Assembly (NCBI GenBank): GCA_964016885.1
Contig: CAXHJY010000353.1
Location: 62,001 to 126,000 of the forward strand
Reading direction: 5' to 3'
Length of the DNA: 64,000 nucleotides
Source of the DNA: Eledone cirrhosa
Lineage: Eukaryota
Shown here piece by piece: positions 32,184-45,370 of the stretch. Below the pieces are notes generated by a model. It worked only from the letters and a program-made list of their open reading frames with translations. It was not told where the DNA came from and made no database searches. The first letter of the stretch is position 1. Each line of letters opens with the position of its first letter. The translations under genes and the position numbers were made by a program.

Positions 32184-32662
32184 CAAAAGATGTCAACGAG
32201 AATAGAAAAGGAAAGAGATAAGAGAAAGGATAACAAAAGAGAATAGATGAAAGAGAAAGGAAAGAAAAAGGAAAGAAAAAGGAAAGAAAGAAAAAGGAAA
32301 GAGGAAAGAAAAAGAAAGGAAAGAAAAGGGAAAAAGGAAAAGGAAAGAAAGAAAAAGGAAAGAAAGAGAAAGGAAAGAAAAATGAAAGAAAGAAAGGAAA
32401 GAAAAAGGAAAGAAAAAGGAAAGAAAGAGGAAAGAAAGATAACGGGAATAGAAGAAAGAGAAATGAAGTAGAAAGGAAAGGAAAGAAAAAAGAAAGGAAA
32501 TAGAAAGGAAATAGAAAGGAAAGAGAAAGGAAAGAGAAATGAAAGGAAAGAGAAAGGAAAGAGAAAGGAAAGAGAAAAGAAAGAGAAAGGAAAGAGAAAG
32601 GAAGACATGAAAAAGAAGTAATAAAATACGACTTAAATGAATAAAAATATCTAAACAGGAAA

Positions 32663-32855
32663 AATTATTGTTTCTACTTTTGGCACAAGGCCAGCAAATA
32701 CTCCAGTACATTACTGGTACTTTATTTTATCGACCCCGTAAGGATGAAAGGCAAAGTTAACCTTGGCGGGATTTTAATTCAGAATTGTAAGGGCCATAAC
32801 TCTATGTGTCAAAGCATGGCGTCCGACCCTCTACCGATACTGCCAACCCACCGCC
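32663..32855 (-). mobile_element. SINE family A
   Basis: Full-length homology to family A. Confidence 0.9.
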
Positions 32856-32919
32856 TAAACATAGAAAAATAATAAAAATGAAAAAAATAATTTCGAAAGG
32901 GAGGCAGAAAAAAAATAGT

Positions 32920-34460
32920 AGTGGTGTGATTGTTGTTGGTGGTGGTGTTGATGATGTTGGTGGTGGTAGTGTTGGTGGTAGCGTTGTTGTTGGTGTTGTT
33001 GATGGTGTGGTGTTGTTGTTGTTGGTAGTGGTGGCGGTGGTGTTGTTGTTGTTGGTAGTGTTGGTGGTGGTGGCGGTGTTGGTAGTCGTGGTGTTGTTGG
33101 TGTTGTTGGTGGTGGTGTTGTTGTTGTTGGTAGTGGCGGTGTTGGTGGCGGCGGTAGTGGGGGTGTTGGTGGGAGTGTTGGTGGTGGTGGTGTTGGTGGT
33201 GGTGGTGGTGTTGGTGTTGGTAGTGGTGTTGGTGTTGGTGGTGGTGGTGGTGTTGGTGGTGGTGGTGGTGTTGGTGGTGGTGGTGTTGGTGAAAGTGGCA
33301 TTGACGGTGGTGTTGATGCTGCTGTTGATGGTGGTAGTGGTAGTGGTGGTAGTAATAGGGTTGTTGTTTGTGGTCGTTTTGTTGTTGGTGTCGGTGATGG
33401 TGGTGTTGCTCTTGTCGTTGTCGGTAGTGTTGGTGGTGGTGGTAGTGTTGTTGGTGGTAGTGTTGTTGGTGGTGGTAGTGTTGGTGGTGGTGGTAGTGTT
33501 GTTGGTGGTAGTGTTGTTGGTGGTGGTAGTGTTGTTGTTGGTGGTAGTGTTGTTGGTGGTGGTAGTGTTGGTGGTGGTGGTGGTGTTGTTGTTGGTGGTA
33601 GTGTTGTTGTTAGTGGTAGTGTTGTTGGTGGTATTGGTAGTGTTGTTGGTGGTGGTAGTGTTGTTGGTGGTGGTAGTGTTGTTGTTGTTGGTGGTAGTAG
33701 TGTTGTTGGTGGTGGTAGTGTTGTCGTTGTCGGTAGTGTTGGTGGTGGTGGTAGTGTTGTTGGTGGTAGTGGTGTTGGTGGTGGTAGTGTTGTTGGTGGT
33801 GGTAGTGTTGTTGGTGGTAGTGTTGTTGGTGGTGGTAGTGTTGTTGTTGGTGGTAGTGTTGTTGTTAGTGGTAGTGTTGTTGGTGGTATTGGTAGTGTTG
33901 TTGGTGGTGGTAGTGTTGTTGGTGGTGGTAGTGTTGTTGTTGTTGGTGGTAGTAGTGTTGTTGGTGGTGGTAGTGTTGTTGGTGGTGGTGGTAGTGTTGT
34001 TGTTGTTGGTGGTGGTAGTGTTGTTGGTGGTGGTAGTGTTGTTGTTGTTGGTGGTGGTAGTGTTGTTGGTGGTGGTAGTGTTGTTGGTAGTGTTGTTGGT
34101 GGTACTGTTGTTGGTGGTGGTGGTGTTGTTGTTGTTGTTGGTGGTGGTGGTAGTGTTGTTGGTGGTGGTAGTGTTGTTGTTGGTGGTGGTGGTAGTGTTG
34201 TTGTTGGTGGTGGTGGTAGTGTTGTTGTTGGTGGTGGTAGTGTTGGTGGTAGTGGTGGTGGTAGTGTTGTTGGTGGTAGTGTTGTTGGTGGTGGTAGTGT
34301 TGTTGGTGGTAGTGGTAGTATTGTTGGTGGTGGTGGTAGTGTTGTTATTGGTGGTGGTAGTGTTGTTGTTGGTGGTAGTGGTAGTGTTGTTGGTGGTGGT
34401 GGTGGTAGTGTTGTTGTTGGTGGTGTTTATGCTGGGAGTGGAGGTGTTGTTGTTGATGAT
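32920..34460. repeat. (GGT/GTT/GTA)n triplet low-complexity array, preceded by a GAAA-rich tract at 32215-32610
   Basis: The 558-aa poly-Val/Leu ORF is a repeat artefact. Confidence 0.95.
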
Positions 34461-35347
34461 ATTGACGATGATGGGGCTGTAATGGAGACGGTGGTAGCTA
34501 CTTTGTTTTTGTCTGTATTGTTGTTGGTGCTTATTTTATTATAGTTATTTGCAGTGATGGTGATGACGGTGGTGATGGTTGTGTGGTTATTGTAGTTTCT
34601 GCTGCTGATGATTAAGAAGATGGTGGGGAATGTGTTAGTGTTATTGGTGTTAAGTCGCGTTGGTGGTGTTACATGGTGTTCGGTGATGTTGGGTGTACTG
34701 AGTATATAAGACACACGAGAATGAAAGAAAGAAGGAAAGGAAGAAAGAAGGAAAGGAAGAAAGAAGGAAAGGAAGAAAGAAGGAAAGGAAGAAAGAAGGA
34801 AAGGAAGAAAAAAAAAGAATGATAGAAGTACTACATTGTGTTTTCCTGTATGCTGGTAATAAAATAAGCAAGACTGATCGAAGAATCTAGTCAATTAATT
34901 TATAGGGCGAAATCACGTAAGATTTATGGGACTCTCCCTGACAAGAACACTGCCAATTGGCAAATAAGTAGATAAAAGAAAGCAGCAAATTGTCTTCAAA
35001 TGGCTGTATATAAATACCTAATCTAATAAATACACACACACACGCACATATATATATACATACATAAGTATGTATGTATATATAATTATGTATGTTTGTG
35101 TGTGTGCACGCATGTTAGTGTATGCAAGGACGTATATATATATATATATATATATAAGAGAGAGGGAGGGAGACAGAGAGAGACCGAGAGACAGAGAGAG
35201 ACCGAGAGACAGAGAGAGACCGAGAGAGAGAAAGTGAGAGAGGCGGAGAGAAAGAGAAAGAGAGAGACGGAGAGAGAGAGAGAGAGAAAGAGAAGGATAG
35301 AGAGTCAGAGAGAGAGAAAGAGAGGGAGAAAGAGACGGAGAGAGAGA

Positions 35348-35396
<49 letters not shown>

Positions 35397-35833
35397 ATTT
35401 AATGTTGGAAACATCTAGATAATGAAGTATTTTCTTCTTCGACCATCTAACCAACACCACCACCACCACCACCACCACCACCACCATCAACACCACCATC
35501 AACACCACCACCAAAACACTTCATAGGATTTTTGTGTTTTTACTGAAATGACTGTGCAAAAGTCACAGACCAGCTTTAATGTCTACAAAATACGGTGATT
35601 ATATTAGATAACATTATATGTTTCGATTTAATGGAATTTTCCTTACAAGAAAAATGACCGCCAGAAGATGTAATCAGAACATTTTATTTTCGCTAATAAA
35701 TCAGCTCTTTAGGTGAAAGATGGACGGGAGGTGAGGATCAATGCAGAAAAGTTTCCATAAACAAGCCAGACTTAGCCTAATTTCAGTTTAAGTTACCTTT
35801 CATAAAACAATGTTATACGCCAATAAACGTAGC

Positions 35834-35886
<53 letters not shown>

Positions 35887-36117
35887 AAGCTTCTACAGGA
35901 CTAGAACTGTTTCATTCATGCGAAATCATTCATATATATATATATATCTATTAGAAAAAGAGTCAGGACCCCGACGGCTGAGCTCCGGCCGATTCGACAG
36001 CTAGATCCGAACGTTCGGAGTTCTGATTCTTTTTCTATTAGCCACTCTACTACTCCAAGTATCGAATACTCTGGTGCGTTATGGTCCCTCTGGTATCTTA
36101 CCACATCTTCTTTGTTG

Positions 36118-36149
<32 letters not shown>

Positions 36150-36152
36150 TAT

Positions 36153-36203
<51 letters not shown>

Positions 36204-36452
36204 TATATATATATATACACACATATATATATATACACATATATCTATATATATATATACACATATATCTATATATATATATACACATATATCTATATAT
36301 ATATATATATACACATATATCTATATATATATACACATATATATATATATATATACACATATATATATATATATATATACACATATATATATATATATAT
36401 ATACACATATATCTATATATATATATACACATATATCTATATATATATACAC

Positions 36453-36625
<173 letters not shown>

Positions 36626-36682
36626 TATATATACACACACACATATATATACACACACACATACACACCAATATCTATATAT

Positions 36683-36733
<51 letters not shown>

Positions 36734-36768
36734 TATACACACACACATACACACCAATATCTATATAT

Positions 36769-36799
<31 letters not shown>

Positions 36800-37084
36800 C
36801 ACACATATATACACACATATCTATACACACACACACACACATATATATACACATATATATATACACATATATAAACATATATACATAGACATATATACAC
36901 ATACATATACACATATATACACATATATGTATACATATACACATATATATATACACATACATATACACACATATATATACACATACATATACACACACAT
37001 ATATATACACATATATATACATATATATACACATACATATACACATATATATACACATATATATACACATATATATACACATAT

Positions 37085-37115
<31 letters not shown>

Positions 37116-37600
37116 CAGGGTGGCTGGAGCGAAACTCCCTACTAAAAATTACCTTTGCCCTACTGTGACGACTTAGGTCCACCATTAATGACTTCATGAA
37201 GGTGTGACCCCTCCGTGAGAGGCTTGACCTCCAATTTCCAGGAAGTTGGCTGGGTCGTCGAGGTTCACATGAATGGGCAGCAAAATGCCCTGACATTTTC
37301 CAGTGGAGGTAGGTGAAGGAAAACCTTTATTGCTCAAAACCCGAAACTGACTCAACGAGAGGAACGCATTCGTCATGTACAGACCAACATGACGCCTGAG
37401 TTCCTGATGAAGTCAGTCAAGGCTATACCCTGTTGATTCCAAACAATGGTTGATAATGCTGATGTCCATGTAGAATGTTATAACCAGTTGTACTTCTACC
37501 TCACTCCACAAAATGAAAGTTTGTTTACGAAAATCGATCGATAATAAATAACTTATAGTTATTAACAATTTTAGATATCGGGTTTCGTTCCACCCACATG
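37116..37600 (+). mobile_element. Internally deleted Tc1/mariner (IS630-Tc1-mariner) transposon
   Basis: Starts TA|CAGGGTGGCTGGAGCGAAAC, with an imperfect inverted end GTTTCGTTCCACCCACATG. Internal translation [30 protein letters not shown]...RIRHV...VHVE matches the WxGR...W..xSPD transposase C-terminus. Confidence 0.8.
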
Positions 37601-37609
37601 ATATATAGC

Positions 37610-37714
37610 ATGTTTAATATAGAAATGGCTTAAACAGGAAAGTTCTGATGATTTCTTTTCAATGAAGCAGTTCTATGAATGAAGCCCTGTAGAAGCCATT
37701 TCTATATTAAACAT
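37610..37714 (+). ncRNA. Atypical or degenerate hammerhead-like motif on a long closing stem
   Basis: ATGTTTAATATAGAAATGGCTT pairs with AAGCCATTTCTATATTAAACAT and encloses CTGATGA-TTTC..AAT-GAAGCAG. Relatives with GAAACAG/GAAACAA at 35883-35930 (-) and 46671-46768. Confidence 0.4.
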
Positions 37715-37916
37715 TATATTTACACTCTACTAATGTATTGAGTACCTTATTTACCTCCGATTGAATCCAGGACTTACACACACGTAAAAAATATATATGT
37801 GTACATATATATATATATATATTTCAGAAGATACCGTTAAGGGTAAAACCAGCGATTCTTTGCTTAAACTTTGATCTGTTACTTTAATCTGTTATTTTAA
37901 TAAATATTTGCTCTAC

Positions 37917-37955
<39 letters not shown>

Positions 37956-37958
<3 letters not shown>

Positions 37959-38426
37959 AGATGTTGTACCCGGCGTTGCACGGGATAAGGTATTTTGGAA
38001 CGCGGGCCGCCAACAGACCCAATCGTGGAAAAACTGCATATAAAGAAAAAAACTGACAATATGTAAAGAAAATAAACCGAATACTCTCATGGCTGGATAA
38101 TCTCTAAGATTTTCCTCGATGAAGCAGGAAAAATGCAAGTTTTCACCTAATGCGGGCCCTAGGGGATAAAGAAAATGAATCTGTTTTATGTGCATAATAT
38201 GCCTTGAAATTTCGGGAAAATCGGCTAGACGTAACGCCTCAAAAAAAGCTGACAAAAACGCAGTTTTTCACCTAATGCGGCTCCTAGGCGATCAAAAAGT
38301 TGAATTATTTCATGTGCATCACACTCCCTGAAACATAAGTAATACACAGATAAAGTTTGAAAAAGATCGGTTGGGTACTTCTCGAGTTTTAGGGATTCAA
38401 ACTGACAGACACACGCACATCCACAG

Positions 38427-38457
<31 letters not shown>
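37956..38457 (+). mobile_element. Non-autonomous Helitron/Helentron-type element
   Basis: Start ACCAG..TACCCGGCGTTGCACGGG hairpin. End AAGTTTGAAAAAGATCGG...GACAGACACAC...TTTTATATATATAG is typical of HINE/DINE-like elements. Confidence 0.65.
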
Positions 38458-38548
38458 TATATTATACTTATCGAGCCCTCTTCAGATTATTATTTATATA
38501 TATATATAAACCCTTTTTGTACTGTTGACCATGTTATTCTTTACTCTT

Positions 38549-38588
<40 letters not shown>

Positions 38589-38589
38589 T

Positions 38590-39351
38590 ATATAATTGAA
38601 TATAAAAGAAAGATAAACACGGATATATACATATATGTGTTCAAATCGTAAGGGACCAGATTCGCTAAGGTGAAAAAAAATACTAACTATGGACAATAGG
38701 GTTTCCCAGACTCAATTTAAGAATAAACAAAGAAAATAAATACAAACCAGAATTTTAGTAACTACCAATCACCCAGGCAGCTTTTGGTACTGCTGTTTCG
38801 CAAATTAATTGTGAAGAGTAATACCGATTCTTGCTCGTCAGTGTGTGAAGAATTAGTATCCTAGTCACTTCTAAGTATATCAGAAAACTGAATAGTGCGC
38901 GTATATATAAGAACGCACATGGTATCGGAACTTAGCGTGTCTCACAAACTCACACCACTAAAAATAGCAGCCAGGTTTACTCGACATTTAAATTAGCTCA
39001 ACAAATTAACGGAGCCGAATATATCAAAGGTATATATTGAGTTAGAAACACAAAATAGTCTCTCACAATAAAATAGCTCTAGGAAAGAGATTTTTCCGAG
39101 CCGTATATTATAATTGAATATTTATTTTCTTGATTTATTCTTAAATTGAGTCTGGCAAACCCTATTGTCCATAGTTAGTATTTTTTTCATCTTAGCGAAC
39201 CTGGTGCCTTACGATTTGAACACATATATGTATATATCTGTGTTTATCTTTGTTTTATGTTCAATTATAATATACGGCTCAGAAAAATCTCTTTCCTAGA
39301 GCTATTTTATTGTAAGAGACTATTTTGAGTTTCTAACTCAATATATACCTT

Positions 39352-39357
<6 letters not shown>
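38590..39357. mobile_element. Composite PLE pseudo-LTR-like insertion with permuted and inverted blocks
   Basis: 38590-38742 is the reverse complement of 39119-39270, and 39019-39118 of 39260-39357. (TA)n on both sides. Confidence 0.8.
38769..38848 (-). ncRNA. Type-I hammerhead ribozyme with mutated cleavage triplet (GCC)
   Basis: Minus strand: TCACACA-CTGACGA-GCAA...TTGC-GAAA-CAGC(loop)GCTG-CC-TGGGTGA. Confidence 0.65.
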
Positions 39358-39398
<41 letters not shown>

Positions 39399-39751
39399 GT
39401 TATTTGCGCGGATGTTTCGTAGGAAAAATATTTGGATTCAGATTACCTCTGGATCACAATGAGATTTTTTAATCTCTGCCCCTCACTTTTTCACTCTCTG
39501 CCTGTGTCTGGATGTCTGTTTCGCCTCCCTACCTCAATCACTCAATGTCTCTTTTCGTTCGTTCTGTCTACATTCTTCACCCAACTATCGGACTTTCTCC
39601 TGGATTATTTATAACGTCTCTTCTCTGAGCGAGGAAATATTATTCCTTATATCTGATAATTCCATTTCTCTGTCATTAAGCCAATGACTAACACTTGACG
39701 GCCATCACTCCACCTCTCGATAACATGTTTTACTCTCAGATTATATATTGC

Positions 39752-39792
<41 letters not shown>

Positions 39793-40076
39793 CATACATA
39801 TATATATATACATACAATCTCACACACACACACACACACTCACTCACACACATATGTGTATATATATATATATATATATACTCATATATACAAACACACA
39901 CACACACATACATACATACACACACATACATACACACATACATATATACACACACATACATACATACACATCCATTTATATATATACATATACACATATT
40001 CACACACATATACAAACACACACACATATTATATATATATATAAACAGGAACACACACTCACTCGCGTGCGCGCAT

Positions 40077-40159
<83 letters not shown>

Positions 40160-40581
40160 TATACACGCAATCATATGAAAGGAGGCACGGACATATCAAT
40201 GTAGATAAATAGAATAAATTATATCGCAGAATTTCCCCGAAATATCCTGATGGATCAATGGACGGCGGAGAAGAATTTTAAGGCTATGATTTATAATGCT
40301 TGGATCAACCGTAAATAATGAATGATTCGAGATTTCAGTTCGATCTAGATTAATCTTGCTTTAACTTTAGTTCCTTCCTTAAACCATTTACGATGATTTA
40401 ATTTACTGAATATTCAGGAATCAATAAAACGGAAGAGAGCCACCAATACATACATAAACACTCACTCTGAATCTCTCTTGCCTTCTCTCACTCTCTCACA
40501 AACACACTCACTCGCAACCACGAAAGCACCCCCCCCCCCACATTTATATAGATATGTACACACATATGTACGCATATATTA

Positions 40582-40644
<63 letters not shown>

Positions 40645-40682
40645 ATATTAATAAATGGAAACTATATTTATAAAACCATATT

Positions 40683-40748
40683 TATTTTATTACATATATT
40701 TCAAGGGTAACCAAGGCAAATTATGGTGCGCTTTCATCAGATAAAATA
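40683..40748 (-). ncRNA. Type-I hammerhead ribozyme (left arm of palindrome 40640-40978)
   Basis: Minus strand: TATTTTAT-CTGATGA-AAGCGCACCA..TGGTTACCCTT-GAAA-TATATG-TA-ATAAAATA. Confidence 0.8.
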
Positions 40749-40869
40749 CAGATTTGTTTTATAAATAAATAATGATATACCCGGTAAAAAGACAACCTTA
40801 ACGGTTGAAGCTTCCTGGATAGCTTCAACCGTTAAGGGTATGTCATTATTTATTTATAAAACAAATCTG

Positions 40870-40935
40870 TATTTTATCTGATGAAAGCGCACCATAATTT
40901 GCCTTGGTTGCCCTTGAAATATATGTAATAAAATA
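40870..40935 (+). ncRNA. Type-I hammerhead ribozyme (right arm of palindrome)
   Basis: TATTTTAT-CTGATGA-AAGCGCACCA..TGGTTGCCCTT-GAAA-TATATG-TA-ATAAAATA. Confidence 0.82.
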
Positions 40936-41066
40936 AATATGGTTTTATAAATATAGTTTCCATTTATTAATATATTGTGTATTTACTCCATTAACTTGTT
41001 GAGTGCTTTATATCAGTTATAAACATGTTTAAGCTTGTTGAATCCCAACAAATTAAATATAACCTC

Positions 41067-41104
<38 letters not shown>

Positions 41105-41245
41105 TAGAAGCGGGTATTTAATTTGTTGGAAATCCGACAAATATAAATATAAATGTTTATAACTGATTTAGAGCACTGCACATGTTCCTGGAGTAAATAT
41201 TCAATGATATTAAATAAATGGAAACTATATTTATAAAACCATATT

Positions 41246-41308
41246 TATTTTATTATATATATTTCAAGGGTACCAAAAGACTTTGGTACGCTTTCTTCAG
41301 ATAAAATA
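41246..41308 (-). ncRNA. Type-I hammerhead ribozyme, diverged copy of the same family
   Basis: Minus strand: TATTTTAT-CTGAAGA-AAGCGTACCAAA(GTCT)TTTGGTACCCTT-GAAA-TATATA-TA-ATAAAATA. Stem II changes keep pairing. Confidence 0.82.
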
Positions 41309-41708
41309 CAAAATTTGTTTTATAAATAGAGACATACCCAGGAAAATCATACCTTATCAGTTGGATATTCTCTGGATAGTGGAAATGTATTAGGAATTTT
41401 TCAAACTTATGGGGGAATATGCCAATGAATATGTAAATAATTGAAAAACACCCGTTTATTTAAACGACTATTGAGAGAAAGAAGATAGAAGAGAAGAAGG
41501 ACAAAATAGTGTGTGTGAGAGAGAGAGAGAAGAAGGAAAAAACCGAAGATGAATAAAAACTCATATAATGTTAATTTGAGGGAAATATATTCGGACAATA
41601 TATATCTTAATATTATGTGTATTTATATTAATTGTTTAAAATTTGTTTATAATATAATATTTTTCATTCGTTTAAAAGTAGATAAATAAATAAATAAATA
41701 AATAAATT

Positions 41709-42179
41709 GATGGGTATATCATGTTATAGATATTCGTGCAAATGTGTTATGAGGGATATTGGTTTTGTATTTTATGTAAATAAATATGTATTTAAAATTG
41801 AGAATAATTTAAAATTAAATTAAATTAAATTAACTAAGTTAAGTAAGAATATTTATATTTATATGATTTAAAAGAGAAGATAAGGAAAAAACTCCGGTTT
41901 TATTTATTTATTATAAGTATAGACGTTTAAGATACATTTAGCCAGAACATCTATACTTATTTTGACTAAATAGTTTCAGACTAACGAATAAATAAATAAA
42001 ACCGGAGTTTTTCCTTATCTTCCCTTTTAAATCATATAAATATAAATATTCTTACTTAACTTAGTTAATTTAATTTTAAATTATTCTCAATTTTAAATAC
42101 ATATTTATTTACATAAAATACAAAACCAATATCCCTCATAACTCATTTGAACAAATATCTATAACATGATATACCCATC
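41709..42179. repeat. Long palindrome, ~200-bp arms and ~75-bp spacer
   Basis: 41709-41912 is the near-exact reverse complement of 41987-42179. Confidence 0.92.
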
Positions 42180-42908
42180 TATGTACAGCCAACCATGTTA
42201 CTCTTCATTCTTTCACTATGTATATATATAATTCTGTCATTACCATAATAGAATTCGAGGAGCTTTTCATTCCGAGTCGGGCCCCATCGATACAGTTTGA
42301 ATCCTGAGCTGGTCAATAGCGAAACACGCGTCACAACTCAATAAATGTAATGACAATTTAGCAACCCTCCACATTATTATTATTCTTGTATGTATGTGTA
42401 TATATATATATATATAACGAAGGAAGTGTCGTAAGGAACCAGGTGGACCATAACGCACCAGAGTACTCAATACTTAGGATAGTAGAGTGGGTAATAGGAA
42501 ATTGTTCAAGATCCCGACGGCAGATCTCAAGCCGTTTTGACGGCTATTTCTGGACGCAGAAATAGCTGTCGAAACGGCTTGAGCCCTGGCGTCGGGGTCT
42601 TGAACAATTTCTTATATGTATATATATATATATATAATTATCTTTAAAAAGATTTAGGTCAATTTTTTTTGCAGAGAATTCGATTTTATGCGTAGACCAA
42701 AAAAATCGGACAACACATAAATATTATCAAGACAGTAATTATCTCTAACCAGAAAGATGGAAATCGTGTCACACCGGAGGGTGGAATACTAAATTGAGTT
42801 CAGGATTTTCAATATTTTGGGAGCTGGATATATTTATATATGTATACTGTACCGATGGTACTCGACTCTGGAATGAAAAGCTCACCGGATTTTTGTTATT
42901 GTAATGAC

Positions 42909-43038
<130 letters not shown>

Positions 43039-43114
43039 ATAGTATTTACAGCAATTAAAAAAATTAAGGAAATTCAACATTTTTGGCCTCTTATCATTTC
43101 ACTTTATTATATAT

Positions 43115-43269
43115 GGATTGGCAGTATCGGTAGAGGGTCGGACGCCATTAGTCTAACGCATAGAGTTACGGCCCTTGCCATTCTGGGTTCAAATCCCGTC
43201 GAGGTTGACTTTGCCTTTCATCCTTACGGGGTCGATAAAATAAAGTTCCAGTAATGCACTGGGTTATTG

Positions 43270-43270
<1 letters not shown>
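43115..43270 (+). mobile_element. SINE family A, 3' truncated by (TA)n
   Basis: Homology to family A. Confidence 0.85.
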
Positions 43271-43310
<40 letters not shown>

Positions 43311-43314
<4 letters not shown>

Positions 43315-45370
43315 GGTTTGAGGTTCACCACTGTATAGAGCTGGTCTATTCCGTATGGTCAATCGTAATGCAATAATATAGAGAGTACTGAACGTAAAGC
43401 AGTTCAACCGTCTTTGTTTTTGTAGTTGGTGGTGCTATTACGGAGTTAAATATTATAAAGAAATGACAGGAGGCTGGATTTGTGTAAATCCTTGAAAGGT
43501 TTATTATACTATGATCATTTCAATGACCGGGTTCCGTATGAATCCGGTGATATCATCAGGTATTCGAAATATAATACGTGAATGTAATAGGTAAAATCCA
43601 TGGGGCTGAAAATCGAGACCTGAGGGCGACCGCTATTCTGTTCCTTCAACCTCAGCCGGTCGCCCTGGAGTGACGTGGCTAAATTTTATAGTATGCTACT
43701 ACCGGTCAGATGAACGAAAACAGAAAGAGATGGGAGCATAGGTTAACGTCGATCCCATGACACAAGGTAAAAGAAAGAAAGAAAGGAAGGAGAAGAAGGG
43801 GGAAGAAAGAAGAAGAGAAGTCAGGGTTAATGTCAGCTAAAAGAGGAAGGTAACTACTACTGGTCAGATATAGGCAAGCAAGAGGGGGAAGGAAGATAAG
43901 TCTGCGGGAGGAGGAGAGGAGAGAAGGAAAGGAAGAGAGAAGTAGAAAAGTAAGGGTTGATGGCTACAAGAAGGAAGATAGAAAGGAAGAGGAAGAAAGG
44001 TCGATATTAATGTCAGACCACAGTCAAGCCAGGAGTGGCGCGAGAAAATTTTCACAGGGACCCGCATCTTAGCGGAGATGAATATATTGGGAGTCAGTGT
44101 TTTACAGTGTTTAGACTTCTAGGATGAAGTTAAACAAATTTAATAATCAATATTCAATATTAAAGAGGTTAGAAAATTTAAAGTTCAACAGTTTAACAAT
44201 TAATTATATAATAGTTCCGATTTGTTCTGTAATTTAAAGGTACTATTTGGCGGTTAAAACAACGGCCGCGCCCCGGGCCCCATGGCGAATTAAGCCACGC
44301 CGAATATTTTCATTTACTGAAAGAAGGGGAAATTTATTTTTCCAAGCACTCCAGGTGAGCTCGTTCGCCAGGGAGCTGGTCGCGCCGCCATTAAAACCCA
44401 CCCAACAGTCCGACAGAAAGTTGGAACTTTAAAATTTAGCTTAGAGAAGTAAAAGAGTAATGGTTGATAGCTACAAGAAGGAAGATAGAAAGAGAGAGGA
44501 AGGAAGGTCGATATTAATGTCACACCACAGTCGGGCCAGGATTGGCGCGACAAAATTTTCACATGGACTCGCATCTTAGCAGAGGTGAATATATTGGGGG
44601 TCAGTGTGTTACAATGTTTAGACTTATAGGATCAAGTTAAAAAATTAATAAATTAATAATCAATATTCCATATTAAAGAGGTTAGAAAATTTAAAGCTCA
44701 ACAGTTTCAGGTTGATATATATAATAGTTCCGATTTGTTCTGTAATTTAAAGGTACTATTTGGCGGTTAAAACACCGGCCGAGCCCCGGGCCCCATGGCT
44801 AATTAAGCCACGCCGAGTATTTTCATTTACTGAAAGAAGGGGAATTTATTTTTCCAAGCACTCCAGGTGAGCCCGTTCGCCAGGGAGCTGGTTGCGCCGC
44901 CGCTAAAACCCACCCAACGGTCCGACAGAAAGTTGGAACTTTAGAATTTTGCTTAACTCTATCGGATGAAGTTGAAAGAATTCAGAATAACATTATGAAA
45001 CTAAGGAGTAAGAGGATTGAGAATTGAACAAACAGAAAATTGAAGATTAGACATTCAAATAACTTCTATGAGGTTTTGGGTTGCGGGGTTTAATTAAATA
45101 GTCTTTTATGAAGAAACGTTAATTGTATTATGTAGATCTGTAATTTATCCTAGTGGGATGTAGAGTACGGGATATAGTCGTGTAATGTTTAATTTTTGTT
45201 CTCAGGAGGAGACATTCTAGTGTCGTGTGCTAATGGGTACAGGTCCCAATGTGAGGAGTAGAAATACATGGATACATAGAAGTGGAGTACGTGGAAGAGC
45301 TAATGGGTACAGGTCCCAATGTGAGGGGTAGAAATACATGGATACATAGAAGTGGAATACGTGGAAGAGC
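43311..45370 (-). mobile_element. Probable decayed Penelope-like element with a ~510-bp internal tandem duplication
   Basis: HHR and AATAAA near the (TA)n-joined end. Direct repeats 43936-44443 / 44443-44955. Residual ILIIKFV*LHPRSLN resembles the GIY-YIG C-terminal L.P.GLN motif. Confidence 0.55.
43506..43563 (-). ncRNA. Minimal type-I hammerhead ribozyme
   Basis: Minus strand: ATAC-CTGATGA-TATCACCGG..CCGGTCATT-GAAA-TGATCA-TA-GTAT-AATAAA. Palindromic stem III. Confidence 0.8.

Noticed and set aside
32806-34482. 558-aa Val/Leu ORF, and the Gly/Cys-rich ORF at 25060-25827
   Set aside because: Both are triplet repeat arrays with no splice or domain evidence. The first starts inside a SINE.
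37405-37425. CTGATGA (also at 8418, 22043, 34605)
   Set aside because: No stem II, GAAA or stem I partner; chance matches.
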